DNA of 64,000 bases from a virus, in the IMG/VR virus record IMGVR_UViG_3300027804_002057; one strand, given 5' to 3'. The notes beneath the pieces are model-generated. The model saw only the letters and a list, made by a program, of their open reading frames with translations, was not told the origin of the DNA and made no database searches. Positions 1 to 9,951 of this stretch are shown here, piece after piece. Numbering within the stretch: the first letter of the stretch is position 1; each line of letters opens with the position of its first letter. The position numbers were made by a program, and so were the translations under genes.

Positions 1-929
1 TTATTTTCTTTAAACCACTCAATTGTAGTTTTCAAACCATCTACTAATTTTGTATCAGGAACATATCCATATGCTTCTTTAAATTTATTCATATCATAGA
101 ATCTTCTTGGTTGTCCATCTGGTCTATCGGAATTCCAAACAATTTCACCATCGTACCCAACTAAATTAGAAATAGTTTCTACCAATTCTTTAACAGTTGT
201 TTCAACACCAGTTCCTAAATTGAAAGGGCCTGATTCTTTACATTCAACCGAATCTATAATTGCTTTAACTGCATCATCAACATAAAGAAATTCTCTAGTA
301 GCCTTTCCAGTTCCCCAAACTTCAACTTTAGGTAAATTGTTATCCTTTGCTTCAATAAATTTTCTAATTAATGCAGGTACAACATGCGATGCTTCTAAAT
401 TAAAATTATCTTCAGGTCCATATAAATTTGCTGGAAGTAATATTGTAGAATCAAATCCATATTGCTCTCTATATGCCCAACTTTGAATAATTAAATTTTT
501 CTTAGCCAATGAGTATCCATATGAATTTTCATCAGGCAATCCTTGCCAAAATCCTTCTTCAGTAAATGGTACAGGCAAATGTTTTGGATAACCACATCCT
601 GCTGCCAATGATACTACTTTTTCTGCACCATTTTCATACGCAGTATGCATTACAAATATACCCATTGTAATATTATCATAAAAGAATTCTGCTGGTTTTG
701 CTTTGTTGATTGCTACTCCACCAACTTTACCTGCTAAGTGAAATACAATTTGTGGTGAATGTAATTCAAAATAAGTTTTAACATCCAATTGCTTTGTTAA
801 ATTTAATTCTTCTGATGATGGTGTTAATAGATTATCAGCACCCATTCCTTTCAAAACTCTAACCAATGCTTTACCAACAAATCCATTAGCTCCTGTTATT
901 AATATTTTTTTATTTATCCAGCTTTTCAT
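1..929 (-). CDS. fcl: GDP-L-fucose synthase-like NAD(P)-dependent epimerase/reductase (partial, 3' end runs off the window; absent from the ORF track)
   Basis: Read by hand from ATG at 929: MKSWINKKILITGANGFVGK (GxxGxxG), YGYSLAKK (YxxxK), PANLYGPEDNF, HVVPALIRKF, VWGTGKATREFLYVDD. Still open at position 1. Confidence 0.88.
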   Translation of the reverse strand, partial: MKSWINKKILITGANGFVGKALVRVLKGMGADNLLTPSSEELNLTKQLDVKTYFELHSPQIVFHLAGKVGGVAINKAKPAEFFYDNITMGIFVMHTAYENGAEKVVSLAAGCGYPKHLPVPFTEEGFWQGLPDENSYGYSLAKKNLIIQSWAYREQYGFDSTILLPANLYGPEDNFNLEASHVVPALIRKFIEAKDNNLPKVEVWGTGKATREFLYVDDAVKAIIDSVECKESGPFNLGTGVETTVKELVETISNLVGYDGEIVWNSDRPDGQPRRFYDMNKFKEAYGYVPDTKLVDGLKTTIEWFKEN

Positions 930-940
930 ATTTTTTTAAA

Positions 941-1501
941 TTATTTTTTTATAGTCCACCAAGAAGCCTTTGCTCCATCATGACAAGTATCGGAATAATC
1001 AATTCCTTCAACTCCAGTTACATTAAGTTCTAAACCATTACTTTCTACAAACTCATTTACAGAATTAACTACACCAGGCCAATCTCCACTATGATAATCA
1101 TGTCCAGAAATAATACCACCTATTTTTAATTTTGGATACCAACCTTCTATATCTGCTTTTACAGATTCATAATCATGCAAACCATCTATGTAAACAAAGT
1201 CTAAACTATTGTCTTCAAACATTTCAGCTGCTGATGGTGAGTATCCCTTTACCATTTCAGCTCTATCACCATATGCGTTAAATAAACTTTTACAAGTATT
1301 ATATGCTTCTTCTGCACCATGCTCTAATTCAACATTCTTTTCCCAAGGGTCTACTGCAAATAACTTTTCAACATTTGAGTTATCCAAAATATATTTACTA
1401 AAATAACCTTCTCTAACACCAACTTCTACAACAACTTTAGCGTTGATTGTGTTTAGATATTTAGCTAATTCTTTTCTATTTTTTAATTCTACCTTTTCCA
1501 T
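941..1501 (-). CDS. Class I SAM-dependent methyltransferase (Methyltransf_24-like)
   Basis: VVEVGVREG motif I, LDFVYIDGLHDYE, LKIGGIISGHDY. Confidence 0.85.
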   Translation of the reverse strand: MEKVELKNRKELAKYLNTINAKVVVEVGVREGYFSKYILDNSNVEKLFAVDPWEKNVELEHGAEEAYNTCKSLFNAYGDRAEMVKGYSPSAAEMFEDNSLDFVYIDGLHDYESVKADIEGWYPKLKIGGIISGHDYHSGDWPGVVNSVNEFVESNGLELNVTGVEGIDYSDTCHDGAKASWWTIKK

Positions 1502-1502
1502 A

Positions 1503-2453
1503 TTATTTAATTAAATGTTTATTTTGATTATACCAATCAATTGTTTTTTTAAGGTTATTTTCTAAAGTATCTGGTACTATACTTTCCATCCAGCCAAATT
1601 TTTCTTTTGCTAAATCTATTTTTAATACTTTGTGCTTAACACCAACAAATCTATTGGTATTATAAAATATATTTCCATCATAACCTACCAAAGTTTTTAT
1701 TGTTTCAGCTAAATCTCTAATAGTAGTTGTTGAACCAGTTCCAATGTTTATAATTTCACCATCATAATCAATAACTGCTAACAATGCTTTAATCTGGTCT
1801 TCAACATAAATCAATTCTCTAGTTTGAGTACCATCTCCCCATACTTCAACTTCTGGTAAATTGTTATCTTTTGCTTCAACAAATTTTCTAATTAATGCTG
1901 ATACAACGTGCGCTTTTTCTCTATCAAATGAATCATGCGGTCCATACAATGTAGCAAAAACTACGGTAGTTCCTTTTAAACCATATTGCTCTTTATATGC
2001 TTTGATACCAGTTGTCATAACTTTCTTTGTTAATCCATAAATGTCAACTGATTCATGCATAGGGCCATCCCAATAATCAGTTTCACTTAATTCTTGTATA
2101 TCACCAGGGTATGAACAAGAACTACCAATACCAATTAATTTTGCTTGTGGTTGATATTTGTGCCAACAAGCAAATGTGTTTGTATGAATTTTACAATTAA
2201 TATCAAATTGTTCCGCTTTGTGTTTTAATGGCCAATCACCAGCACCCTGTAATACAGCTGCATGTATGATGTAATCATATTCTTTGTTAAAATCGGTGAA
2301 TGCTCTTTCTGCTTCAGATACTATTGATAAATCGTAGTTAGACCCAAAAAAGTCTGCTTCACCACCATTATCAATAACATATTTTACGAAATTCTTTCCT
2401 AAGAATCCAGTTCCACCCGTTACTAAAAACTTTTTACCTTTTACTATTTCCAT
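1503..2453 (-). CDS. GDP-L-fucose synthase-like epimerase/reductase, second paralog
   Basis: TGGTGFLG, GSSCSYP, YGLTKK, LYGPHDSF, HVVSALIRKF, VWGDGTQTRELIYVED. Confidence 0.85.
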   Translation of the reverse strand: MEIVKGKKFLVTGGTGFLGKNFVKYVIDNGGEADFFGSNYDLSIVSEAERAFTDFNKEYDYIIHAAVLQGAGDWPLKHKAEQFDINCKIHTNTFACWHKYQPQAKLIGIGSSCSYPGDIQELSETDYWDGPMHESVDIYGLTKKVMTTGIKAYKEQYGLKGTTVVFATLYGPHDSFDREKAHVVSALIRKFVEAKDNNLPEVEVWGDGTQTRELIYVEDQIKALLAVIDYDGEIINIGTGSTTTIRDLAETIKTLVGYDGNIFYNTNRFVGVKHKVLKIDLAKEKFGWMESIVPDTLENNLKKTIDWYNQNKHLIK

Positions 2454-3385
2454 TTTTTATTGTTTTTTATATGTTCGTATAATTTTTTTGAAGTATAATT
2501 TAAACTTTTATTATAAGCGTTTTCAATTATGTGCTCATAATCTTTATAATTGTTAAGAATATCTTTTATCAATCCTTCCAATTCACTATTTTCATTGAAG
2601 TAAATGAAATCTTCATTTGGTGTATAATAATCTTCTATTATATTCCAATGGTCTCTTTTACACAAAATTAAACTTCTACTAAAAGCAGATTCATGTACTC
2701 TTTGCTTAAATTGAGGAACTCTACCATGCTCATCCATATATTGAAAAGCTGGATTTTCTTCCCATCTTTCATGCATTTTTACAATCTCTCTTTGGTCTGG
2801 TCTAAAGTGTAATAAATTATAGCATACAGATATTTTTGTTTTTGCAACAATATCTAATTTTTCTTTAAATGGTACATTATAATCAGTTGGTGTGTAAATA
2901 CCATTATACATTTGCTGAGAAACGAATCTATAATTAAATTTACTTATTTGCTGAATACACTCCGCATGGTCTATACCATGTATTCCACCAAAATAACAAA
3001 CATCATATATTTTTTCTTGTCTCTCAGGAATAATATCATCTCCAAATGGATAGAATATAGCTTCATGCCTTTCATCTCCAAAACAATCATTTAACCATTT
3101 TGCTGTATATGGACAAATAGTATATACTTTTGTGAAATATAATATTTGCTCAAATGCGTTTTGACCTGCTGGGTCAGCTGGAAATACGAATTCACAAGGT
3201 TGCCAAAGATTTAAAAGTTTTCTACTTTCAAATTGTTGATATTGTTTTTGTAAATCAAAATTTAATGTACAATTAATACCATACATCAAAACATCGTTAT
3301 CACTTTGTTCTGAATGTCTTTCTATTTTTAAATAATCATTTACTCCATCCGGCGTATCACCACCCATGTCTTTTACTACTAGCAT
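2444..3385 (-). CDS. Putative glycosyltransferase (GT-B, Glyco_trans_1_2-like C-terminus)
   Basis: KIYDVCYFGG, KQRVHESAFSRSLIL, IEDYYTPNEDFIYF..EL..LI..IL; sugar-cluster context. Confidence 0.65.
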   Translation of the reverse strand: MLVVKDMGGDTPDGVNDYLKIERHSEQSDNDVLMYGINCTLNFDLQKQYQQFESRKLLNLWQPCEFVFPADPAGQNAFEQILYFTKVYTICPYTAKWLNDCFGDERHEAIFYPFGDDIIPERQEKIYDVCYFGGIHGIDHAECIQQISKFNYRFVSQQMYNGIYTPTDYNVPFKEKLDIVAKTKISVCYNLLHFRPDQREIVKMHERWEENPAFQYMDEHGRVPQFKQRVHESAFSRSLILCKRDHWNIIEDYYTPNEDFIYFNENSELEGLIKDILNNYKDYEHIIENAYNKSLNYTSKKLYEHIKNNKKWK

Positions 3386-4236
3386 AAAATATAATTTTTT
3401 GGATAAAATTTTTCTCTTTTTAAATCAGTATGGTCAGGGTGATACCACTCCGGAGCCACAACTATTTTATTTGGATTTTGATTTACATATGCCGCCCACC
3501 ATCCAAAGCTACTAGCGTGAGATAATATGTTATGGTCACAACTCATTATTCTACAATAATCATCAATTTGTTCTTGTCCTTCTGAAAACAAAAATCCATC
3601 TTCACCAAAAAATTGTTTACACCATTCTACATCAACACTATTATCCTCATTAAATCTCTGTCCACCTGTGAATACTAAAAACTTTACATTCTTACCTTCA
3701 AACACTTTCTTAGCTTTTTTAAAATATGTTTCATACATACCACCCGGCTCAAATGCTTGAATCAATCCAGTTTGTCCGTTTGTCATATTATCACCTCTCC
3801 TAACATGCACACTTACAATTTCACATTGATGCTTTTCTTTTAAGAAATCAATGTAATTCATTGCCTTATCCAAATATTCATTTTTTGGAGTAAGTTCTTT
3901 TTTAATTTGGTCTTCGATGTGTTCAAAATAAAATATACTTTGATAATAACCATCTATTGTTGTATTATCAGGTAGATTAAAAAAGTTTGGGTCATATTTT
4001 TGCCAAGATGGTTCTTCGTACATATGTTGTAGATTGTTAGCATCTTCTTGGGTTAAATAATCACATTCAATATTAAATCTATCTAACAAACAATTTTGAC
4101 CATGCCAACTCATTGTTTGAGGATTTGGTATTTTCATTTTATAACCATTTTTAGTAGCTAATCCTTTTAGTGCAGCGTACTGAAATAGTTGATTACCCAA
4201 TCTTCCGTTTTCTCCTAATCTATGAAACGTTACCAT
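3379..4236 (-). CDS. Alpha-1,2-fucosyltransferase family (GT11)
   Basis: GRLGNQLFQYA, GYYQS..YF, SVHVRRGD, SSFGWWAAY are the canonical GT11 motifs. Confidence 0.92.
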   Translation of the reverse strand: MVTFHRLGENGRLGNQLFQYAALKGLATKNGYKMKIPNPQTMSWHGQNCLLDRFNIECDYLTQEDANNLQHMYEEPSWQKYDPNFFNLPDNTTIDGYYQSIFYFEHIEDQIKKELTPKNEYLDKAMNYIDFLKEKHQCEIVSVHVRRGDNMTNGQTGLIQAFEPGGMYETYFKKAKKVFEGKNVKFLVFTGGQRFNEDNSVDVEWCKQFFGEDGFLFSEGQEQIDDYCRIMSCDHNILSHASSFGWWAAYVNQNPNKIVVAPEWYHPDHTDLKREKFYPKNYILC

Positions 4237-4238
4237 TA

Positions 4239-4877
4239 CTATAATCCTTTTAATTTAAAGTATCCAGAATGAACATCATGTGTGTTTGAAATCCAATCTA
4301 TTAATTCTTTTTTCTTATCATCGCTGAAGTGGAATTCTCCAACTATGTAATTTATTTTAGATAAATCTTTTCCTAATAAAAATTCATATTCAGAGCCTTC
4401 TACATCAACTTTTAATAAGTTTATGTTTCCATATTGTTCTATTATTGATTCGATAGATATTGTTCTTACCAAATCAATTGTATTATTTTTATCCCAACCC
4501 TCACCTTGAGGTCCTTTATATTCGATACACCCAACGTTTCCAGAATTACCAAAATGTTGTAAATTTTTAGTATCCCAAGGTTCATATGCAAACACATTAA
4601 TAAATTCATCTGCTTTTGACCAAACTGCTAATTTATTAACTTCTACTTCAGCTACTAAATCTTTTGTATTTTTAATACATTCTTCTACGTTTTCTTGAAA
4701 TACATCAAAGCAAACATATTTATCAAATCTATTTTTATGATTCATTTCAAAATCCCCAATATTACAACCAGCATCCACACATAAGCCACCTTTACATTCA
4801 TCAGGAACATTATACTTTGCTTCATTCATTATAAATGATTTCCAAGCATCTTTATTTTCTATACTAATATTTTTCAT
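4239..4877 (-). CDS. FkbM-family methyltransferase
   Basis: VDAGCNIGDF, INLLKVDVEGSEYEFL, IVGEFH. Confidence 0.85.
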   Translation of the reverse strand: MKNISIENKDAWKSFIMNEAKYNVPDECKGGLCVDAGCNIGDFEMNHKNRFDKYVCFDVFQENVEECIKNTKDLVAEVEVNKLAVWSKADEFINVFAYEPWDTKNLQHFGNSGNVGCIEYKGPQGEGWDKNNTIDLVRTISIESIIEQYGNINLLKVDVEGSEYEFLLGKDLSKINYIVGEFHFSDDKKKELIDWISNTHDVHSGYFKLKGL

Positions 4878-5509
4878 TATTCAATAACTTTATTATTTTT
4901 GAAAACAGTGAATTCGGTTAAATCTCTATAACCATTTAGTTCACCTTGGTCTGAATTATGATATGGTAGATTTTGCATTACTGCCAATCCATGTGCTGCT
5001 TGTTGTGGAGTCATATACATATTCCATCCTAAGAACTCAATATCATCATCCTTATAATACTTCTCACTTCTACCTTCATAACGAGCTCTCTTAAACCACT
5101 CAGCTGCTTTAGGGTCATCGGTAAGAATCATACCACCTTTCCAAATTGGTAATATCTTTTTAATATGGAATGATAATCCCATAAACTGACCAGGCATATA
5201 CATATCTTTTGTGAATCTCTTAGCCGCATCCCAAATTGGATATGGTTTTAATTGATATGCACCTACCCAATGATTTGTTTCAGGTCTCTTATCAAAGATA
5301 ACTTCACCACCAGCGTGTATAATTGATTGTGGTACTGAAAGGTACGTTTTAGATGGAATGGTTACCTCTTTAACTTCTAAGTACTTACAAATAAGGAATA
5401 GTGCATTTGTACAACTATCAATAGAAATAGCGTATGGTGCTCCAGTGTACTCAGCTACTTCTTCCTCAAACATCTTTACGATTTTGTATGGATTGTGTAA
5501 TTTTATCAT
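4877..5509 (-). CDS. Short DegT/DnrJ/EryC1/StrS-like PLP sugar aminotransferase (start moved to ATG at 5509)
   Basis: FEEEVAEYTGAPYAISIDSCTNAL, WDAA, LSFHIKK, GGMILTDD, GWNMYM; the upstream extension overlaps the next gene. Confidence 0.8.
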   Translation of the reverse strand: MIKLHNPYKIVKMFEEEVAEYTGAPYAISIDSCTNALFLICKYLEVKEVTIPSKTYLSVPQSIIHAGGEVIFDKRPETNHWVGAYQLKPYPIWDAAKRFTKDMYMPGQFMGLSFHIKKILPIWKGGMILTDDPKAAEWFKRARYEGRSEKYYKDDDIEFLGWNMYMTPQQAAHGLAVMQNLPYHNSDQGELNGYRDLTEFTVFKNNKVIE

Positions 5510-5514
5510 AGTTT

Positions 5515-5733
5515 TTAATTTTCTTCTTCGTTTATTATTTCTATGCAAAGGATATTTTTATCATTAACCATTACCAATCTACCATCTTTTGTTTCAAATT
5601 TAGTAAACTGACCTTGCTTAATTGAATGCGTATCCACCTCATTAAAAGTACGTTTCTCTCCACCAACAAAATGTAGGATTTGAGAAACATATCTTCCTTT
5701 TTTTATTATAGAACTTTTTAAATTAGTTTTCAT
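5515..5733 (-). CDS. Hypothetical protein
   Basis: 72-aa ORF packed between co-oriented neighbours. Confidence 0.6.
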   Translation of the reverse strand: MKTNLKSSIIKKGRYVSQILHFVGGEKRTFNEVDTHSIKQGQFTKFETKDGRLVMVNDKNILCIEIINEEEN

Positions 5734-7430
5734 TACTTTTCAATAACAATATTATTCATAACCAAATAATCAATACCAGATTTATAAAAACAATCAATAG
5801 CATCTGATGGCGATTCTACCAATGGCATTCCATTAATATTAAATGATGTATTTAATACAATTGCATATCCAGAAAGTTTTTCAAATTCGGAAATTAATTT
5901 ATGGTATTTTGGATTTGTTTTTTTAGAAACAGATTGTATTCTTCCAGTACCGTCAAAATGAACAACACCAGGAAGTTTATCTTTATATTCATCTTTAAAC
6001 ATAAACACCTTTTCCATAAAATAAGAATGCTGACCTTTTGGTATGTGGAAATATATGTTTTCTTTTTCTTCTAATACAGAAGGTGCAAATGGTCTAAACC
6101 CTTCTCTATATTTTATAGATGAATTTACTTTATCTTTAACATCATCAAATGTTGGGTCAGCTAAAATACTTCTATTACCCAATGCTCTTTGTCCAAATTC
6201 ACTTTTACCTTGAAACCATGCAATAATATTTTTTTCTCTTAATTTTTTAGCTGCAAATACTTCTACATCATCAACAATTGTAAATTTAATTTTTCTCTTT
6301 TTAAGTTCTGAAATTATATCGTTATCAGAAAACTCAAATCCATAATAGTTATGTTGTAATTTTGGTAAAATTGTTTTTTGGTTTTTATCAAATACCAATC
6401 CATATAAAGCAGAACCTATTGAAATTCCACTGTCATCAGGACTTCCGCCTATATGTATATTTTCATATTGTGTTTTTTCTAAAATCTTTCCGTTTAAAAC
6501 AGAATTCATAAAAAATCCACCAGCCACAATAATATTTTTAGATTGTGTTTTTGATTGTATATTATTTAATATTTCAATACTAACATCTTCTGCAACCTTT
6601 TGTACAGCAGCTACTAAGTCATAATGATATTCAGTAAGTTCTTCTAATTTACTTATAGGATTTCCAAACTCTTTTATAAATTTTGGAGAAAAGTAATTCT
6701 GAGTAAAAAACATATAGTGTTCAAAATAACTTAAATCCAATTCAAAATTCAAATCATCAAGTTTAATTAAATTCCTTACCTTATCATAATATTTGTTTGG
6801 GTTTCCTAAAGATGCCAATGCCATAACTTTCCACTCATCTCCGTTTGGATGGAATCCCAAAAATTCAGTAAATGTTGAATAAAAACTACCAAGAGAATGT
6901 GGTGTTCTCAAATTTGATATAGCTTCTATTTTAGAATAATCAATTGTTCCAATCAACCCAGTTGTATTTTCACCAAAGCCATCTGCTACAAAATAATCTG
7001 AACTTTCAAACCCAGAAGTAAAAAATGAATTTGAAAGATGTGCATGGTGGTGGTTTACAAAATGAACTTTTATGTTTGAATTTATTGTTTTAATTTCCTG
7101 TTCTATTTGTAACGAGTTATACTCAGACATTGATGCTAATTCGTTAAGAGCTAGATATGCCATCTTACCTCTATCTTTTAATGCATCACTTATAGTATTA
7201 TCTGAACGATACATATATGTTGCAGGATTCCAACCAACATATACATCTGTTATATCTTCAAAAGATACTCCTGCTATTTTGCAACAATATTTTATAGATT
7301 GTTTAGGAAAGTTTTTATCTCTCTTTAATCTACTTAATCTTTCTTCTGTAATTGCTGCTTTAATTTCTCCATCAATAATCAAGCATGCCGAAGAATGAAA
7401 TCCACTTATATTAATTCCTAATATTACCAT
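5733..7430 (-). CDS. Carbamoyltransferase, NodU/CmcH/TobZ family
   Basis: EERLSRLK, HHHAH, DGFGE, SLGSFY, EWKVMALA, DDSGISIG, EFGQRALGNRSILADP, KYREGFRPFAPSV, VHFDGTGRIQ, LNTSFN. Confidence 0.95.
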   Translation of the reverse strand: MVILGINISGFHSSACLIIDGEIKAAITEERLSRLKRDKNFPKQSIKYCCKIAGVSFEDITDVYVGWNPATYMYRSDNTISDALKDRGKMAYLALNELASMSEYNSLQIEQEIKTINSNIKVHFVNHHHAHLSNSFFTSGFESSDYFVADGFGENTTGLIGTIDYSKIEAISNLRTPHSLGSFYSTFTEFLGFHPNGDEWKVMALASLGNPNKYYDKVRNLIKLDDLNFELDLSYFEHYMFFTQNYFSPKFIKEFGNPISKLEELTEYHYDLVAAVQKVAEDVSIEILNNIQSKTQSKNIIVAGGFFMNSVLNGKILEKTQYENIHIGGSPDDSGISIGSALYGLVFDKNQKTILPKLQHNYYGFEFSDNDIISELKKRKIKFTIVDDVEVFAAKKLREKNIIAWFQGKSEFGQRALGNRSILADPTFDDVKDKVNSSIKYREGFRPFAPSVLEEKENIYFHIPKGQHSYFMEKVFMFKDEYKDKLPGVVHFDGTGRIQSVSKKTNPKYHKLISEFEKLSGYAIVLNTSFNINGMPLVESPSDAIDCFYKSGIDYLVMNNIVIEK

Positions 7431-8197
7431 ATACAAATTTTTTGAATGTCCTGTCCACCTCTATATCCCCAAAATGCCTGAAGGTATCCTCTATGCGTTG
7501 GCATGTTCATCATCGGAGTAAGACACGTTCCAATATCAATATAGGAATTATCGGGAAAATCTCTGAATAATTCATATACTGCCAAATTGGTGAATGTAGA
7601 AGCTGAGAATAAGAACACATGATTTTTGATGTTGTTCTCTCTAATCCATTGTTTAATTTCTTCAATTTTATCATAATCATTTATAAATGCGTTATAACCC
7701 ACTCTAAAGTCTTTTACAACAAATGGGAGTTTAGATATATCTGCATCTTTATGTCCAACAAATACACAATCTTTACTATAAAGAATTGGAAGTGTATGTG
7801 TCACAAATAAAGGATAATTGCCATTAACCCAAAGATTTGCCCATGTCAAGCTATCATCATCCCCACCATGCAAATCTAATTGAAATTTAAATGCATCATC
7901 ACCAACACAACATTTACAACTAATACCTTTATAGTAATTTGATTGTTTATGTTGATATGCTTCGATTAATTTATTTCTAAATTCTATGTGTTCCAATGGA
8001 TTATAATGTTTAAAATCTGGCGCTTGATATACACCAGGACTTTTTGTTTCACCAACTTGAATTACATCTGCACTTAATTTTAATTCTTTATTTTCTAAAA
8101 TTGATAGTTCACCATCAGAATAGCGAGCAAAACCAAAATGTTTGTTATTTCTAATCATTTCGGTAAATTTAATAAAATCTTGTCTAAAGTTCTTCAT
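7424..8197 (-). CDS. GT-D fold (DUF1792-like) putative glycosyltransferase
   Basis: N-terminal FARYSDGEL resembles the GT-D ARFGDGE motif; C-terminal YIDIG. Confidence 0.55.
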   Translation of the reverse strand: MKNFRQDFIKFTEMIRNNKHFGFARYSDGELSILENKELKLSADVIQVGETKSPGVYQAPDFKHYNPLEHIEFRNKLIEAYQHKQSNYYKGISCKCCVGDDAFKFQLDLHGGDDDSLTWANLWVNGNYPLFVTHTLPILYSKDCVFVGHKDADISKLPFVVKDFRVGYNAFINDYDKIEEIKQWIRENNIKNHVFLFSASTFTNLAVYELFRDFPDNSYIDIGTCLTPMMNMPTHRGYLQAFWGYRGGQDIQKICIW

Positions 8198-9191
8198 CTA
8201 ATATTTTTTTAATCTTTTCGGCTGCTCTACCATCTCCATATGGACAAGGTCTACAAATATACGAATTATATTCCAATTTAACAAATAATTCTTTTAAATC
8301 TTTTGGAGAATCACATAAATAAAGATGTCCAGTCCCAATACCTTCCGGTCTTTCGGTTGTTTTTCTACAAACAATAACTTTTTTATTAAAGAATGAACCT
8401 TCTTCTTGCAATCCACCACTATCGGTAATTACTAATTTACAATCTTTAAGAATGGTTATTGTTTCATCATGTGTTAATGGTTCTACTACATTTATATTTG
8501 TAAGTAAATTCTTATGTTTCTGAACATTTGGGTTAGGGTGAAGTGGGAGTACAAACTTTAAATTAGGATACATTTTAGCTAAGTTGTTTATTTCAACAAA
8601 CCATTCATCCATCCAATGATGATTTTCTCTACGGTGCATTGTAACTAAGATAGTATCACCATAACTACCCTTATCATACTTCATAAGATTATCCAATACA
8701 GTATTTCCAACTATGTGAATATCTCCTTTTACTCTTTCAGCATCTAAGTTCTCAGCGGAAAGTTGTGTTGGCGCAAAGTTAATGTCTGCCAAGCGAGCTA
8801 TCATTTGTCTGTAACCTTCCTCTGGATAAGGATTTTCTAAATCGTAACTACGGAGTCCCGCTTCTAAATAGTAAACCTTTATTCCTCTATGAAACGCTGC
8901 TAGCGCACAAGCAAACGCAGAAGCTGTATCACCCTGCACCAACACACCGCTGAAGTTGTAATTTGGAAAATATTCCATACAACCAATCATAATAGAATCC
9001 AATCTAGTATGACGAAAAGTTTCTTCTATACTAACTCTAAAATCAACTCTTATATCTTTAAGTAAATCCTCATGCTGACCTGTGAATAAGAGTTTATAAT
9101 CTTTCTTATTCATAATATCAATCAATGGTTTTACTTTTAACCATTCTGGTCTAGTACCAAAACATATTAATATTGGGTCTTTCTTATTCAT
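8184..9191 (-). CDS. wecB: UDP-N-acetylglucosamine 2-epimerase (non-hydrolysing)
   Basis: FGTRPEWLK, TGQH, VQGDT, EAGLRS, PYPEE, GNTVLD, HRREN, TDSGGLQEE, TERPEG, PYGDG. Confidence 0.95.
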   Translation of the reverse strand: MNKKDPILICFGTRPEWLKVKPLIDIMNKKDYKLLFTGQHEDLLKDIRVDFRVSIEETFRHTRLDSIMIGCMEYFPNYNFSGVLVQGDTASAFACALAAFHRGIKVYYLEAGLRSYDLENPYPEEGYRQMIARLADINFAPTQLSAENLDAERVKGDIHIVGNTVLDNLMKYDKGSYGDTILVTMHRRENHHWMDEWFVEINNLAKMYPNLKFVLPLHPNPNVQKHKNLLTNINVVEPLTHDETITILKDCKLVITDSGGLQEEGSFFNKKVIVCRKTTERPEGIGTGHLYLCDSPKDLKELFVKLEYNSYICRPCPYGDGRAAEKIKKILDEEL

Positions 9192-9951
9192 TTACTAATT
9201 TCCAACCTTTTAATCTTTGTTCTCTAAAATACTGATTCATTAATTCTTTGAAAGGAACTCCCTCTACACTTTTTTGATTTGATTCCCAAAGTGAAGCAGA
9301 ATCTCCACCATAAGTTCCACCCTTTATACTTCCCCACATTTCGATATCGGAACGAGGATGTGGTGGAACATATGTATTAATTCCAGCATACTTTTGCAGC
9401 ATATAAGAGAAGTGCATATCCTCACCACAAGTATTATACTTTGGGTCTGGTTGTTCTCTCCACATATGAGATAACCACTCTTTTTTGAAGAACCAACTAT
9501 GTCCAACTAAATCAACCTGAACAGTCTTATCGTTATTACCCAAATCAGGCCATCCGAATCTTAAGTAGTGTTCATAGTAAGATGAGTATTGTGGTGGTAA
9601 TGGAACTGGATATAGTAATCCTACCGTACCTAACAAGCCTTCTTTCTCTTTCATTGTGTTCATACAATTCTCTAACCATTTCTTACCGGGAATTGTATCA
9701 TCATCAAAAATACACACATAAGGATTCTTAGCCATAAATGCGAAAGCAAATCGTGCCCATACACCAAAGTTATAGTTACAATATGCACCAGCAATTTCAG
9801 TACCAATATCGTAATTAATCAAATCATTATCACCGGGATTGTTATACCAAAAAAGTATTTCATCCGGTGGTAATGTTTGATTTTTAAGAGCCTCTAATTG
9901 TTCATTAAGATTCTCTGCTCGTTTGTAACCATTTAGTATAACTGTTATCAT
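9184..9951 (-). CDS. GT-A fold (GT2-like) glycosyltransferase (likely start MITVILNGY)
   Basis: ITVILNGYKR..L..QL.AL..QT, IFDDDTIPG (DxD), GEDMHFS. Confidence 0.8.
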   Translation of the reverse strand: MITVILNGYKRAENLNEQLEALKNQTLPPDEILFWYNNPGDNDLINYDIGTEIAGAYCNYNFGVWARFAFAFMAKNPYVCIFDDDTIPGKKWLENCMNTMKEKEGLLGTVGLLYPVPLPPQYSSYYEHYLRFGWPDLGNNDKTVQVDLVGHSWFFKKEWLSHMWREQPDPKYNTCGEDMHFSYMLQKYAGINTYVPPHPRSDIEMWGSIKGGTYGGDSASLWESNQKSVEGVPFKELMNQYFREQRLKGWKLVNE

